A stretch of 64,000 nucleotides of DNA from Eukaryota sp. TZLM1-RC (GCA_040285825.1 JAUPSS010000003.1:1426001-1490000), one strand, 5' to 3'; positions 1 through 13,224 are shown, counted from the first letter of the stretch. Program-made: numbers and translations. The notes: generated from the letters alone by a model not told the origin.

Positions 1-329
1 ATTATTTCAGTATACGAGCGCATTCCTGTTCCCCAGTTGAGGACAAAGTTAGGTAATTGCTCACCAATGACTAACTCACCATTCTGCATCTCCACATAGG
101 GTACACAAACAAAGCGGTTAATAAAGTCAGACACCGCCGGAGGGGGTGTGATAAAAACGAAGAGCATGACAAGAACAACGATGACCGCATACACCAATGA
201 TGAGAATCTACCCATAAGAGAATCTTACAATTAATGCAACCAACCGTGGAATCTCAGCGACAGAAGGGTTTCAAGAGGATTTCTCATCATCTACAGCAAC
301 TTCACTATTGTCTACAGTACAGATTTCCA

Positions 330-2130
330 ATTTTTATTAGTTTGAAAACCAGGATTAAAAGGTCTCTAAAATATAATGTTGTTCCTTATTAATTAATTAA
401 TCCAATGCTGTGCTATGACCAGTTTCTTTTATCTGGATTTTTACTTCATTGGTGGATTCAACATCAACAGAATTTCATTCATGCAAACTGCACGGTCCAC
501 TATCCATTGGAGGTCAATAGCGAGATGTCATACAAAGTTGGTATTAACAATGAGGAATTTGATTGTTCCTTTGAATTGTAGTAAAAATCAAGTGCTGTCC
601 TCACTGTTTGTGTAATATGTGAATTTGCGAGGAAAAAGTTAATAAAATTTACCATTTCGTACATTATTTTCCAAAGCATTTGCTGGGCCTTGTTTGCCTA
701 AAAATCTGAAACGATCTATTTCTTAAATACAATTGATAGTTGTGGATTTTGACCGACCTCAGAGACAATTTTAGCAGTTAATACTGAAATGAGGTATGTT
801 CAAGACATTGAAAGAGTGATTAATCTATATTTTGAGAAAATGGAAGTTGAAGAAGAGATGACCCAAAAGTAAAAGTCTTTTTTTTCGTTGGAGGTTACGT
901 CAAATCAAAAATCTATTTCTTCAGATAAATCGTGACAATCTTCCCTCTACTAATGATCAAGTTGATGATTTCATAAAACTTTCTGATGATGAGATCTTGA
1001 ACGAAGATAATGAAAAAAGTTTGAATCAATCAGCAAAATCTGTTGCTCTATACAGTACTCATCCCAAAATTTGTAGGTTATCAAAAGATGAAAACTGGAT
1101 GGATTCAATTATTCCTAGCTCTATTGTAGTAAAAAATTCAAAAAATGAGGAGAATGCTATTGAAGTTAAATTATTACTTTACACTGTGCAAAAACATCCC
1201 CAATATTTTATCAGATCAGATAAGAAATTTAATAGTTTTAAAAATAGAAGACACAGACGGGACAACATTTGATGCCTTTTCCAATTGTTCGAAATAAATT
1301 TTCTGTATTTTTCTGATGTTGATAGCCAGGGACTATGGGGTAGTTTGCGTTCTTTGTTACAGATTAAGATATTACTGACAAAAGAATAATTCTGAGTGGA
1401 ATTCAAGGACTGACCTTAATCGTAAGTATCCAGAACACAATTTATTTTGGACATATTTTTTTTCGAATTTAATAGACCATTTACCGAAAAAGGCTACAAA
1501 TTGAACAACATCTTGAAAACTGATGGTTTTGCAGCCTGTATTGAGCTAGCAAGAGAGGATTGTATTGGCATGTCCTTCAAGCGTGATAGTGCAAAGTTTG
1601 CAATCACTGAAAACTATTTGGATGATTTGGATGTTGAATTTCTATCATCAAAACACAAAGTACATATTGACCCTGGTAAAAGCGATTTACATTAATTTTG
1701 TAGTCAAAAAAGATTCACACTTAATGCAAAAGTCCAATTAAAAAGAGATAAACAAAATGACTCGCTGAGATTAACAGAATTGGAGTGGTCAAAGGTGTCG
1801 AGAGTTCACCAAAAATTCAGAAAATTGAAAAAGAAAGAGTTTATTTTACAAAATGGAATCACAGCCCAACAAACAGAAGCTACAACCAAAAGAATCATCA
1901 AAATCTTTTGTTTAAAATAATTTCTATTCTTCTGTTGCTTCCAAGCTGACAAACATGACATTTACATTTGATTACTGCTGTTTAATGATATCACGCATTC
2001 AAAAAAAGGAAAGATATGTCCATCATCAGAAAACAGGGACTATGTTATTAAAAAGAATAGCTTAGAAGCAGTGGAAGCATGAAGACACTATCCTAATGTT
2101 TGGTGACAATGGCAAGAATCAAAGAATTTA
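330..2130 (+). mobile_element. Degenerate Fanzor (TnpB-like) element, subfamily shared with 55820-59560; 3' end lost to a retroelement
   Basis: Broken frames give IERVINLYFEK and FFRWRLRQIKNLFL (match HINCFINVYFDK and LYRFRLRQFKNLFL at 57.7-57.9 kb), YKLNNILKTDGFAACIE, RuvC-I HIDPGKSDL (~1665-1690) and ILMFGD (~2090-2105). Many stops and frameshifts. Confidence 0.75.
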
Positions 2131-2134
2131 AAGT

Positions 2135-2750
2135 ATCATCGAAACTTCATTACATGATGCTGTTAGAGACACTGCTTTTAAAATGGCACGAACTGCAAGA
2201 ATCTCGTGTATCAAAAAGCCTCTGCTGAAAGAAACGTTGTCATTGAATAATTTTGATTCTGATGATAGAGGTGATATATGCTGTGATTGGATTGAGAACT
2301 TTGAAACTCTTGTTGACTTTGTCTCATGTAATGTTGCAAATGACACTTTGGTTCAAAAAGGAAAACTTAATCCTGTAAATGCTCTTGAATTTAAGGCCCA
2401 AAAAACATAGAAAATATGACAAAGATTTTGAAAAAGCTAATGCTGATAGAAACAGACCACTTGTTTTTTTACTTTCCCATTTTCTTTAAACGGAAGACTA
2501 TCAGTACAAGCAGAATCATTTTTGATTGACTTCCAAAAAATAGTTCAAGATAAAACAATGAAAAGATTTGCTATTTTTTTATGGCGCTCTCGAATTCAAT
2601 TTGCCATTTTTAATGGATTGCCTCAATTTTTTAATAAAATTAGAGAAGATTTAGCTAGAAAGCAAGCAGATCAAGATTTTGTATAGGAAATCTTGGTTCA
2701 ATGAATTTTGTCCCATTAGTTATTTTGTTAAATTTGCAAGTTCAATAAAT
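2135..2750 (+). mobile_element. 5'-truncated RLE-type non-LTR retrotransposon, family A
   Basis: HDAVRD...EP...RGD...DFV...K.RKY restriction-like endonuclease tail; closely similar to 17110-17740 and 49998-50640; ends with aataaa about 8 nt before the SF3B3 ATG. Confidence 0.85.
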
Positions 2751-2757
2751 ATTTATT

Positions 2758-5700
2758 ATGTTCCTACACTCTACCCTAAAGGCCCCTTCCACCGTTTTTG
2801 ATGTAATAAGTGGGTCCTTTACGGGACCAGACCTACATGAGCTCGTTGTTTCCAAAGGAACTTACTTAGAATTGTATAGACTCAATAATGACTCTGTCTC
2901 TCTGATTTCAACATACCCTACGTATTGTGTAATCCGTTCCATTAGTGCTATTAACCCTTTGTACTCTGATGTCAATTTTGTAGCTGCTACTTCCGATAGT
3001 GGCTTTTTGACACTCATTTCCCTTGTTAACTCTGCTTTCACCACTCTCTCAACTTCTTCTCTTGGTAGACCTGGCCTTCGTCGTTCTGTGCCCGGAGAAT
3101 TCCTCTCTGCCGACCCAGAAGGCCGTGTCCTTTTTGTGTCCTCCATTGACGACTCCAAAGTAGCTCTTCTCTTGTCCAAATCCTCTGATGAGTCTTCCCA
3201 CATCACTACGTCAATCTCAACTTGGATACCTAAACCACCTTCTTACACAGTAGTGTTATGCACAGCCTGTCTCCACACAGGAACGAGGAATCCGGTTCTT
3301 GTTTCTCTCGAAGCATCTCTCTCGGATGATGGAATAGACAAGCATTTGGTTTATTTTGAATACATACTTGGCCACAACACAGTTACTCGACTCCATTCCC
3401 TTCCAGTTCCTTCTTCTTCTCATTTGCTAGTTCCACTTCCTCTGTTTGGGTCGTCAGCAGATGGGGATAATGGAGGGGTTTTGGTCTGCGGGGATCGGCA
3501 GGTGATTTTGATCGATGACCGGTTTAATACATCATCGGAAACCTTGCCCACTCGGTTCAATTGGCCTGCTAATCAATCAAATTTAATAGTTTCCCATTCT
3601 GTTCGCTCTTTAAAGAATAGAATTTTCGTACTTTTGCATGACGAAGCAGGTGATCTCTTCTCCCTTGATTTCTCAACACCTTTTCAGTTTTCTGTAGGAT
3701 ATTTCACGTCCCTACCTCAATCAAACTGTCAATCATTATTGATTGGTGGGTTGCTTTTTCTTACTTCCCTTTCTGGCGAGGCTCAACTTTATAGAATTAC
3801 ATCACCTCCTACTCCTGACAACCCGTTAATTACCCAAGATCCTTTCGTTCCCAGACATGATAGGATGGAACTACGACAATCAATCAGTAACACGTCACCA
3901 ATCACGTGTTCTGATTGCTTATTTGATGGTAGAATTGTTTTGAATTCTGGAACCTCACCTTCACCTTCTCTTTCTTTCTATTCTTCTGGGTTGCCCACCA
4001 AGCAGTTTGCCGCCTCCCCTCTTCCCCCTACTGCAACACCTGATGGAATATGGGCGGTCAAAAAGAATCTCGAAGACCTACAAGACTCGATGATTATTAT
4101 TTCCTTTTCGTCACCTCAATCAACTTTACCATTATCAGTTGGTAAGAAGGTTTCTCCTGTCAAAGAGTCTGGTTTGATTACAAATACGAGCTCTTTGTTG
4201 GTTCAAAACATTGGTACTGAACCACTCACTGTGCTCCAGGTCACCACAGAAAAAGCCATCGTCTCCCGCTTGTCTTTCTCTTCTGATGATCCTCCCCATT
4301 CAATTCTTTCTTCATGGCGATCCAGTAAAAGAAGAGATATCAGAGGTGTTGCTGCCAATGCATATCAAGTTGTTATTGCTCTTTCTGGGGGGGAATTGGT
4401 GTATTTAGAGTGGGATTCAACCACTAGAACCTTGGTGGAAAGGGCAAGTGCTCAGTTTGCAGTAGAGGCAACTTGCTTAGATATTTCCCAAAAAGGAAAG
4501 TCTGAAGTTGTCCTGGTCGCCGATTTAGAACAACGATTGTCTTTTCTTTCACTTTCTCACTCAAAACCCTTGTCCATCGTCTCCATGATTGACCTTTCTC
4601 ACAATGTTGTTTCGCTCTGCCTTGCTAAGAACCATCTGTATGTGGGCTTGGCTAGTGGGGTGGTGATGATTTTAGTTGATGTAGATGTTCAAAAAGGAAG
4701 GTTTTCTGATGATTTAGTCCCTTATCCACGGAAACTTTCCAGTTTTGACGATCAAAAATGTCACGTGATTAGACAGACTGATGAAGAAATTCTGATGATT
4801 ACTGAAAACTGCTGGTCAGTCAATGATGCGACACCAACAACTTTTAATAGAGTGATTATGCCCTCCCTCTCTCTTGTTGCATCTTTCCAGTTTCAGCATG
4901 TTTCTGGTGAAGTTTTGAGAAGTCTGATTGGTATCACGTCACCTTCCCAGTCAAAATCACCCCAGTTGCTGATTACCCAGGTTTTGCCAGCAAATACCTC
5001 ACCTTTTAAGTTTTCCAATTACTCCCAACATTCTTTAACCACTAGGTACACCCCCAGAAAAGTCTTTCAACATTCATTAGGATGGGTGGTGGTAGCTGAA
5101 ACAGACCATGGTGTTCTTCCTGTAGAAGAAAGACCAGAGGTAAAAGGCAGGGAAGATGCAATTTTCACAAAAGAAGAAGGAAATGACATGGAGGAAGAAG
5201 GAATGGTAGAACCAGTTGCTCCTCGGCAACTAGTCAAGGAAAGTCATGTTGATGACGTCACCTTTTTGAGCGCTTGGAGAGGTTCTGCTGATCATTGGAG
5301 CAGCTGTATTTCAGTTGTCCACCCCGGACAACCTAATCTTTCTATTAATGTTGCTTCTGCCAAGCCTCAGCTGGTTGATCGTTGGGAGTTTCCTGAGGGA
5401 TTCGGCATATTCTCTGTTACTGAAGTTGTTATGAATAGTAAAAACTATATTGCCGTTGGAGGTGGGGTTGATCTGAAGTTTAGACCTAGAAGAGCTTGCA
5501 AAAATGGATTTATTACCCTTTTTGAATTTTTAAATGATGGAAATCTTTCTTTTGTCCACACAACTCTCCTTCCAGACTCATGTCATGCTGTTAAGCCCTA
5601 CTCAGGAATGCTTCTTGCTGGGGTTGGGAGAAGGCTACGATTACTCTCTTTAGGAAAGAAGAGGTTGCTTTTAAAGTCAGAATTCAAGATTTTACCTAGA

Positions 5701-6393
5701 TTAGTTGTTGGAATTGATGTTGTTGATGAAAGAATCATGGTTTATGATGTAAGCCAGTCTGTTTTCTTTTTGAAGTACAGATTTGATTCCAATATTTTTC
5801 AATTGTTTGCAGAAGACCCCGCTCCTAGGCAAATTACTTGTGGCATTGCTTTGGATTATTGTTCAACAGCTTTAGGGGACAAGTTTGGTAATGTGTTTGG
5901 TATCAGACTTGACCGTGACGTAGATTCTGATGTGGAAGATGACCCTTTAGCTTATAAGGGACTTCGAGATGATTCAGAGTACCTGTCAAGGGCTCCTAGC
6001 TTTGGAACACCATTCTTTCACTTCTTTTTAGGTTCTCCAATTAGTTCGATTATAAAACTTCAGTCCGTTCCAGGAGGTTTAACCCTTGAAGATGTATTAT
6101 TGGTTTCCTGCTTTGATGGTTCCTTGCACATGTTGAAGCCATTTCTATCTAGATCTGATGCGATTTCCATAAAAACTGTTGAGGAAAGGGTTCGTGAAGA
6201 GGAAAGATTTGCAGAACCATTCGGTAAGAATCATTTGATGTTTAGGTCTTCATATTTCCCGGTAAAAAACGTGATTGATTTTGATCTTTGTTCGAAATTT
6301 TTGGAGCTGCCACATGCTGCTAAATCTTCTTTTTGTGCGGAAAATTCACTGGATTTGACTGAGGTGGAAAGAATATTGCAAGATTCGCTGTAG
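2758..6393 (+). CDS. SF3B3: Splicing factor 3B subunit 3 (SAP130/Rse1)
   Basis: 1211 aa; N-terminal MFLHSTL...GSF, GRPGLRRSVPGEFLSADPEGR, LGKKRLLLKSE, GDKFGN, C-terminal HLMFRSSYFPVKNVIDFDLC typical of SF3B3. Confidence 0.93.
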   Translation: MFLHSTLKAPSTVFDVISGSFTGPDLHELVVSKGTYLELYRLNNDSVSLISTYPTYCVIRSISAINPLYSDVNFVAATSDSGFLTLISLVNSAFTTLSTSSLGRPGLRRSVPGEFLSADPEGRVLFVSSIDDSKVALLLSKSSDESSHITTSISTWIPKPPSYTVVLCTACLHTGTRNPVLVSLEASLSDDGIDKHLVYFEYILGHNTVTRLHSLPVPSSSHLLVPLPLFGSSADGDNGGVLVCGDRQVILIDDRFNTSSETLPTRFNWPANQSNLIVSHSVRSLKNRIFVLLHDEAGDLFSLDFSTPFQFSVGYFTSLPQSNCQSLLIGGLLFLTSLSGEAQLYRITSPPTPDNPLITQDPFVPRHDRMELRQSISNTSPITCSDCLFDGRIVLNSGTSPSPSLSFYSSGLPTKQFAASPLPPTATPDGIWAVKKNLEDLQDSMIIISFSSPQSTLPLSVGKKVSPVKESGLITNTSSLLVQNIGTEPLTVLQVTTEKAIVSRLSFSSDDPPHSILSSWRSSKRRDIRGVAANAYQVVIALSGGELVYLEWDSTTRTLVERASAQFAVEATCLDISQKGKSEVVLVADLEQRLSFLSLSHSKPLSIVSMIDLSHNVVSLCLAKNHLYVGLASGVVMILVDVDVQKGRFSDDLVPYPRKLSSFDDQKCHVIRQTDEEILMITENCWSVNDATPTTFNRVIMPSLSLVASFQFQHVSGEVLRSLIGITSPSQSKSPQLLITQVLPANTSPFKFSNYSQHSLTTRYTPRKVFQHSLGWVVVAETDHGVLPVEERPEVKGREDAIFTKEEGNDMEEEGMVEPVAPRQLVKESHVDDVTFLSAWRGSADHWSSCISVVHPGQPNLSINVASAKPQLVDRWEFPEGFGIFSVTEVVMNSKNYIAVGGGVDLKFRPRRACKNGFITLFEFLNDGNLSFVHTTLLPDSCHAVKPYSGMLLAGVGRRLRLLSLGKKRLLLKSEFKILPRLVVGIDVVDERIMVYDVSQSVFFLKYRFDSNIFQLFAEDPAPRQITCGIALDYCSTALGDKFGNVFGIRLDRDVDSDVEDDPLAYKGLRDDSEYLSRAPSFGTPFFHFFLGSPISSIIKLQSVPGGLTLEDVLLVSCFDGSLHMLKPFLSRSDAISIKTVEERVREEERFAEPFGKNHLMFRSSYFPVKNVIDFDLCSKFLELPHAAKSSFCAENSLDLTEVERILQDSL

Positions 6394-7131
6394 TTTTTCT
6401 AAAGTCTAATAAAATATGATATTTATAAAGCAGTTTTTGAGTTGAGATTACCAATTAGTTTTACTTTTCCGTTCCACTCGATTTCTATTACAGTTCAGGA
6501 TTCTATGTAGTACTGAGGACAGTGGGAAATAGAGGATGTCCGCTTTTTAATCATTAACACTGATAAAAAATGATTATGATAGTTGAATTCTTTGAGGATA
6601 GAAAAGAATCAATCGACATTAAATAAATCTAAAAAATTGAGTAAAAAAGTAGACAAAACTCCGAAAACATGATTTGAGACTGATAGTCTTGGGTGAGGTT
6701 ACCTGGTTATTAATGTGATAGAATTTGAACCAAATTTTTGCTTTTCTAATGTTGACAAATATCCTTTTCAAACCACATTTAAGGACCAAAAGTCCCGTAA
6801 TCATCACCTTTGTCACCAAAGAAAATGTGGTTTGACTTCATTTAGAAAAAGACTTTCAAGAAAAAATTTATGATATCATTTACATATCAATTTACACTAC
6901 CAAGAGTTCAGAACTATTTTCAAAGTGAATAGAGAAATACTAACTTCAATTGATATTTATTCTTTTATTGACAGAAATCTAAAAATCCTCAGAAAAAGGT
7001 TACGAAAGCATGTCAATTAACAATACTTAGTTATTTTTAACAAAAACCTAAATAACAACTGACAACATTTAATCTATTCTAATCAATCTTTAAAATTGTG
7101 AATTTAATTGAATTTCTTATTTTCATTTCTT

Positions 7132-10100
7132 CTATAGATTAATTTGATTTAAACTTGATGGAAGCGTCATCATTATTGTAATAACAGTGTCGTCTGCTAC
7201 AGGAACTTTGTCCAAAATTTTGGGCGATGACACTATAAATTGTGGGTGATCTCTTTCCGAACTGTCCTGAACTACCAAGTTCATAACAGAGTGTTCGTTC
7301 AAACTGTCAAGGCCTCTATTAATCTCATCCACAATTCTAAAAGGGCACTTGGCAATGCATTGAAGGGACAAAAGAAACGTAATAATCGAAAGTGCTCGTT
7401 CTCCGCCTGATTGAATGGTCATATTCAAGGGAGAAAGCCTTGCATCTCTTCTAAAAGCACAAAGAATGTCCAATGCGGCGGTCTGGACTTGCTCACATGA
7501 GAAATTAATAGCACCCTGAAGGTCCATTGAGTGAAAGTGATTGGCAAATGTTGTAGAGAGCTTTTCTATATCGTCCTTAATGGAGTTCTGCCATTGTCCT
7601 TTTTTAACAGTATAATCATGGTGAATATTGGACAAATTTTGATTCAAACCTTCAAGTTCCAAATTTTCCTTTTCTAACTGTCGACGTTTCGCATCATAGT
7701 TGCGTAATTCTTGAGGATTGACATCAGCAATTCGCTGAATCATTGTATCTTTATTTTCAATCAAACTTTTGACCTCCGCCACGTCATCAGAAAGTTCTGA
7801 GAGCTTGGCCTCGAGATCCACATCGTTATAGCGCTCTTGAAAAGCTACTGTTAATTCTGATAGATCTTCTTGGCATTTGCTAATTAATCTTTGCGTTCTA
7901 GAAATACGTTGCTGAAGCTCTTTAATAGACCGGTCCAAGAAGATTATATGATGTTTCATTTCTTCCAATTCCGAAGACTCTGCAACACTTTTGTTGTTAA
8001 GTTCAGATAATTGGTTATTCAAATCATTCAGTGCTCCTTTATCTCTAGTTAATTCTTCACATACCTCTTGAAACTCCGCTTCTAGACCACGTACTAGTTC
8101 ATCCTGGGAAGGAAGAGCCTGTTCTAATTGCTGGAGCTTTGATGTTAGATTTTCATCAGATAGTTGGCTTAATTTCAGAGTATTTCTCTCTATTGTTTGA
8201 GAAAGCCTTTCCTTACTGTTGATTTTGTTCACCAGCTCCCGTTTTTCGTCCATTAAAACCCTCAATTCTCTCATCAACTCAGTCTTTTCACCATTTTTTC
8301 CCAACTCTTGCTTTGTAATTTCCTCGTGCTCTTGTACCATCTGAGCTTTCGCCTGCTTCAATCTCATCAGTTCCTGGGCATGAACTTCTGAATCAACATC
8401 AAATAGCAAAGCTGTTCCGTGGAGGGGAATGGTGGAGAAAGTAGATGACGAAAACCTATTGTGATCGATTGAATGTTGGTTCTGGGCAGAAAAAACTCTG
8501 CTAATTCGACGAGAAGAATCAAAAACAAAACCAGAAGTTTGGTGAACATAAGAATCAGCATCGTTACCACCAATCAAAACTTGATCAACATCACTAAAGT
8601 CAATCAATGCTTGAAGAACTTCAGGGGGAGCCTTTAACACGTCCAAACCATAACAAAAGAATGGTGATTTGACAAACTCTTCACTCAAAGGAGAAGGACA
8701 ATTTGGATTGTGGAATGCGAGCTCATCATTTGGATCCCTTGTAAGAGCACCAACTGAAAGAATCTTCTGACGAATGTTACTTTGAGTCATCAATGCAGTA
8801 AGATTTTCATCGTCTTCTCTGTTCTTGACAACAAAAGTGGTAAGAAAAGGTGCCAGAGCTATTTGAACGCATTTACAGATATGATTGAACAGATTATCGT
8901 CCATTTTTTCCAATCGAGAAGTGTGCATTCGTCGTTTGAGCTGTTTTCTGGAAAATTTAACATCCGTGACAAGTGGACCAATAACAGGTTCCAAAAATCT
9001 GTCTTGATTTTGATCTATTAATTGTCGTAATCGAAGTGCAGGCAACAGATGGGGAATTCTTGATAGCTGATTCATTCTTTGGTTTTGAGATTGTGAAAGT
9101 TCTTGAATTTTTCCATCAACATCGGAAATATTCATAGTAATTCTACTTTTATTCCTGCCTAATTCAACAAGAGATTTATTAATTTCTTCAGCTGATTTTT
9201 TCAATGTGGCAATACCTTCATCCAATTCACTCATGACATGACCAAATTGAGGAAGCTCATGTTCAAGGGTTTTGAGCTCATTCTCGGCAGAAGTACGTTG
9301 ACTCAAATATTCAGTCTTTCTGTGGTTTAATGTACTAAGATCATTTGAAAGTTTTTCAATTTCATTTTTAATGTTACTCAACTTGGCCTTTTCTGTGTTC
9401 AATTTTCCTTCAACTCTACTTCGTTCTCTGGAGCGATCACTAACCCTCCTTGACCAATTTTCCCTTTCTTGTTTCAAGGCAACTTCCCGTTCACCAAACC
9501 CATTACACTGGTCCTGTCTGCTGTTGAGTTCCACCAAGAGTGAAGATTTTTCTTGATCAAATTTATTCAAGTCTAAATTATATTCCTGAATGTGATCAGA
9601 CAAAATTTGCCTATCAATAGTTCTCAGCCTGATTTTTAATAAATCTCTTTCAAATGTTAAAGTTTCCTTCTTGTTAAACCTCATTGCAGCTTGTTCTAGT
9701 GGCCTAAGGTCATCTTCAAGGTTGACTATGCCGGCATTCTTCATGTCAATTTCGTTCTGTAAAGCCGAAATTTTCAGTTCAGCCTCAATTAACTCATAGT
9801 AAACAGATAGTGGGTCTCTTGCCACCACTATGCTTTCACTATCCCCACGAGTGGTTCCACGATGCCTACGAAGATTTGTTCTAGATTTCTGGAGCAACTT
9901 TTGAGTCTGAATTAAGAAATCCTTTCCAGTTTTTGTAATTAAATCTTCAAGCTTAAATTGAGGGGTGAACTGGACCAAGGAGGATAAATTAATAGAAAAC
10001 TCTTGATTTAGATAGGTTAACAAATCTTCTTTCCTAATTGGGCTTCGGTCCTTGAAGAAAAGACGGCTATTTGGTTTACTTGGATCAATCTGGCGACGGA

Positions 10101-10449
10101 TTTCAACAATACTTCCAGCTGATTTGCAAATGTAGACATTAATTTCTGCTGGTTCTTTGGAGCCAAAGGACACATAATCCTTTTGATGAGTCACTCTGCC
10201 TACATCATTGGGTTCACAGCCCAGACAGAGGCCCACTGCGTCAATTATGGAAGACTTACCTGAACCTACAATTAGAGAGCTTTAGAACATACCATTGCAA
10301 CCAAGAAGCCAAGTGACACCAGGGGAGAAGATAAAAGGTCGCGGTGAGGAGAATACTGTGAAATTATGGACAGATGCAGCAACTAAAGAACCAGGGACAT
10401 ATTCAGATAGATTGATGTGTTCCAAAAACCCTGGAGGACGAAGTAGCAT
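7132..10449 (-). CDS. SMC5: Structural maintenance of chromosomes protein 5; one 27-nt intron at 10266-10292
   Basis: Splicing GTATGT...CTAATTGTAG restores Walker A GCNGSGKS from ATG 10449 (in-frame stop just upstream); long coiled coils; signature QSGGER and Walker B FRIVDEINRGLD of SMC5 type. Confidence 0.9.
10266..10292 (-). other. 27-nt spliceosomal intron in SMC5
   Basis: GTATGTTCTAAAGCTCTCTAATTGTAG; contains an in-frame TAA; removal rebuilds the P-loop. Confidence 0.9.
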
Positions 10450-11244
10450 AGACTACACTCTGAATAACAGAGAAGGAAAAGAGCTTGAGGATTCGGTATA
10501 CATTTGCAAATGTATTCCAATTGCGAATTCATTATGCACCGTATTATATCGTGTGTGATATGATGAGACAATACTGGACAAACCCAATACTATAATCAAA
10601 TGTATCCTGCTCTGTACCCGCTTGCTGAAATTTGAAGATCATACCCTGATTGATTTGCAATTGCATTTTTCAGATCGACGATGCTAGTTATTATAACGAC
10701 AATTAAATTACAAAGAAAACTCAACGAAATAGTACCATGGCCATTGAAATGCGTCACTCTCCTTAGCTCGTTCAAAAGATGTCGCCTGTGAGATAAAATT
10801 TATTCCATTTCTTTTAGTTAGTTGATAAAAGCAATGGTGGTACAATGAATCACCTGTAGAAAAGAAAACTAAAAATATTTCAGAATTTGAGCCTTAATTT
10901 AGAATTTAGCTATGATCTTGAATCATTATCTGATGGAAGATGGGACTGAATCTACTTTATTTTGTTTCACTTGAGATCGAACAGAGACCATAAACAACTT
11001 AATTTATTGATAATATTAACATTGCAAAAAAACCTGAATAAAGCAGTCAAGTAGAAACTAGAGATGGGAGATATCAAAAACAAAAAAAGAAACCCTTTAA
11101 AAAAACGATTCGATAATTAAGATCGTCATCAGAACACTTGATCATTACCAAACTTAATAGATTTTAATTCTTAATTAAAAATCTATAAAAATATATGAAA
11201 ATATATATGAAAAACATGAATCAGATCCACAGCCTTGAAATAGG

Positions 11245-13224
11245 TTAAAGTTGATCATTTTCATTACCACCATCCACCTCAACAGGATCCTCCTCAGATG
11301 AGAACAAATCATCACTTAATATGTCATAGTTATCGTCATTCTCAAGCCAAGTCATTAATGAATCAATAAAAACTTCAATCTGATCCTTGGCTACCTTTAT
11401 AATGGTACTATCCATAAACTCAAGGTTTAAGGCAAACCTGTCGACCATATTGGGATCAGCAGCAAACTCAGCAAAACATTGACCAATATAGTTCTTACTT
11501 AACGACAGATTTACTTTTCCAACTACTAAATGATGACTGGGATCAACTTCAGGAGAATAGATTGACAAAATTAAAGGTAAATCATGATGATATTTCGAAT
11601 GTTTTGATAATTGAGTTATAGATACTTGAAGGAAATGTGCCAATAAACTAGCTGCATAATGAGAGGAAAGTTCTGGAGGAGCATTGTTTAATTTGACATC
11701 ATAGAATAAATTATTATGTCTCAACATTTTCTCGGCCAGGATAGTACGGGCCGTCTTGCTGACCAACGAATTCAAAGCACACACACAGTCAACAAATGCA
11801 GTAAATCTTTTCTCGTTGGGCACAGTGAGTAATTCCAAAGCTGTTGAAGGGACAGATTTAGAATAAGATAGAGATTTAATTAATTCACTTATTGTTGAAT
11901 TATATTTGATATTTCTAGGTTCAGGAGACATCAAAACAAAAGCCAAAACACTTGCAACATCTTTAGCTGATATTCCTATTCGACCAGGGCGTTTTATAAA
12001 AAATGAAGAAGTTTTAAAATCGGGCAAATTAAATAAGTTTTGAGAATCTTGCCAACAATTTTCAAGGTTATCCTTTGATAAATTACTCATATGCTGAAAC
12101 AAAAGCTTGCTGTCCCTGACACTAACTCCAATCCTAGCCAATACCCTGGCAAAGAACGTCCTACCACTATCCTTATGTAAAGCAAACTTTGCTGAAAATG
12201 TTGGAGTATTTTCAATGGAAGTTTGTAAAGAACAAAACCTGTACAAATTAAAACAAAAATCAGAATCTCTGGTCAATTGAATTAATGGCTCTGGGTTAAT
12301 TGTTCCATCTTCAACGGAGACTACATTCTGTTTAAGTGACTTTACTATATCATTTAAAGCCTTGGCAATCTCCTCCCAGTGTGAATAACTACATCTGTTT
12401 AGCACCTCATACTCAGCACATCCAACACAAGCAGCCCATGCTAGTCTGGTCAAGTTCTCCCTATCAATAGAAAGTAATTGATCATAAATTAATAGTGAAG
12501 AAGGATCACCAAAAGAGCATGGGAACTTTCTGTATTGGTCGGCCATCCCCTTACTGATACCTAGTCTCTTGTGGGAGAGAATCCCAATTTCCAGCATTTC
12601 TTCATCCCCATCCTCAGTACGTACCTTTTTATATGGTGGTTCTGCTTGAGAAGACTGAGAAAGACTTCCTTCAATGTCATTATTAAAGTTAAAATCATCA
12701 GCTTCAACTTGGTAGCTTTCTTCTGTCTCACTATCAGAATTCACCACTTCTTCATCTTCATCTTGGTCCTGAGCTTTGCGGATAAGGTTGATGGCAGTAT
12801 TGGCAAAGTCATCAACAATGATAATTTGCCGACTTTCATGAGCGTTGATTAGGGAAACCGGTCGTTGAGAGTCAAAAATAAAAAACTTGACACGTGGATG
12901 TGGTTTAAAGAGAGAACGAAGACGGAGATCAGCACCACAGTTAATAAGAAAAACAGTTGTGACATCCATTGAATCTGCAACATGGTGTTGATATGCAAGA
13001 CAAAGTTCAGAAACAGTGGAAACAAAGACAGCTGTGTAGTGAAGATGGTCACTATGAAGAGTGTGCTATGGTTAGAACAACAGTGAACAAACAGTCAGAA
13101 TATAGAAGGAACATAAGGAATCGACACCTGGACCAACAAAAACTATTGTAGAGAGTTTATCAGGATGTGACTGTGCTTTGATATCTACATAAACACGACT
13201 GAATTCATGAGTTTGGATGATCAT
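11245..13224 (-). CDS. CDC45: DNA replication factor CDC45; one 27-nt intron at 13066-13092
   Basis: Spliced N-terminus MIIQ...GVDSLCSFYILT|HTLHSDHLHYTAVFVS joins the 574-aa ORF with LINCGA, FFIFDSQRPVSLIN, an acidic loop and LYRFCSLQTSI, all CDC45-like. Confidence 0.88.
13066..13092 (-). other. 27-nt spliceosomal intron in CDC45
   Basis: GTTTGTTCACTGTTGTTCTAACCATAG; contains an in-frame TAA; removal joins the CDC45 N-terminal motifs in frame. Confidence 0.88.
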
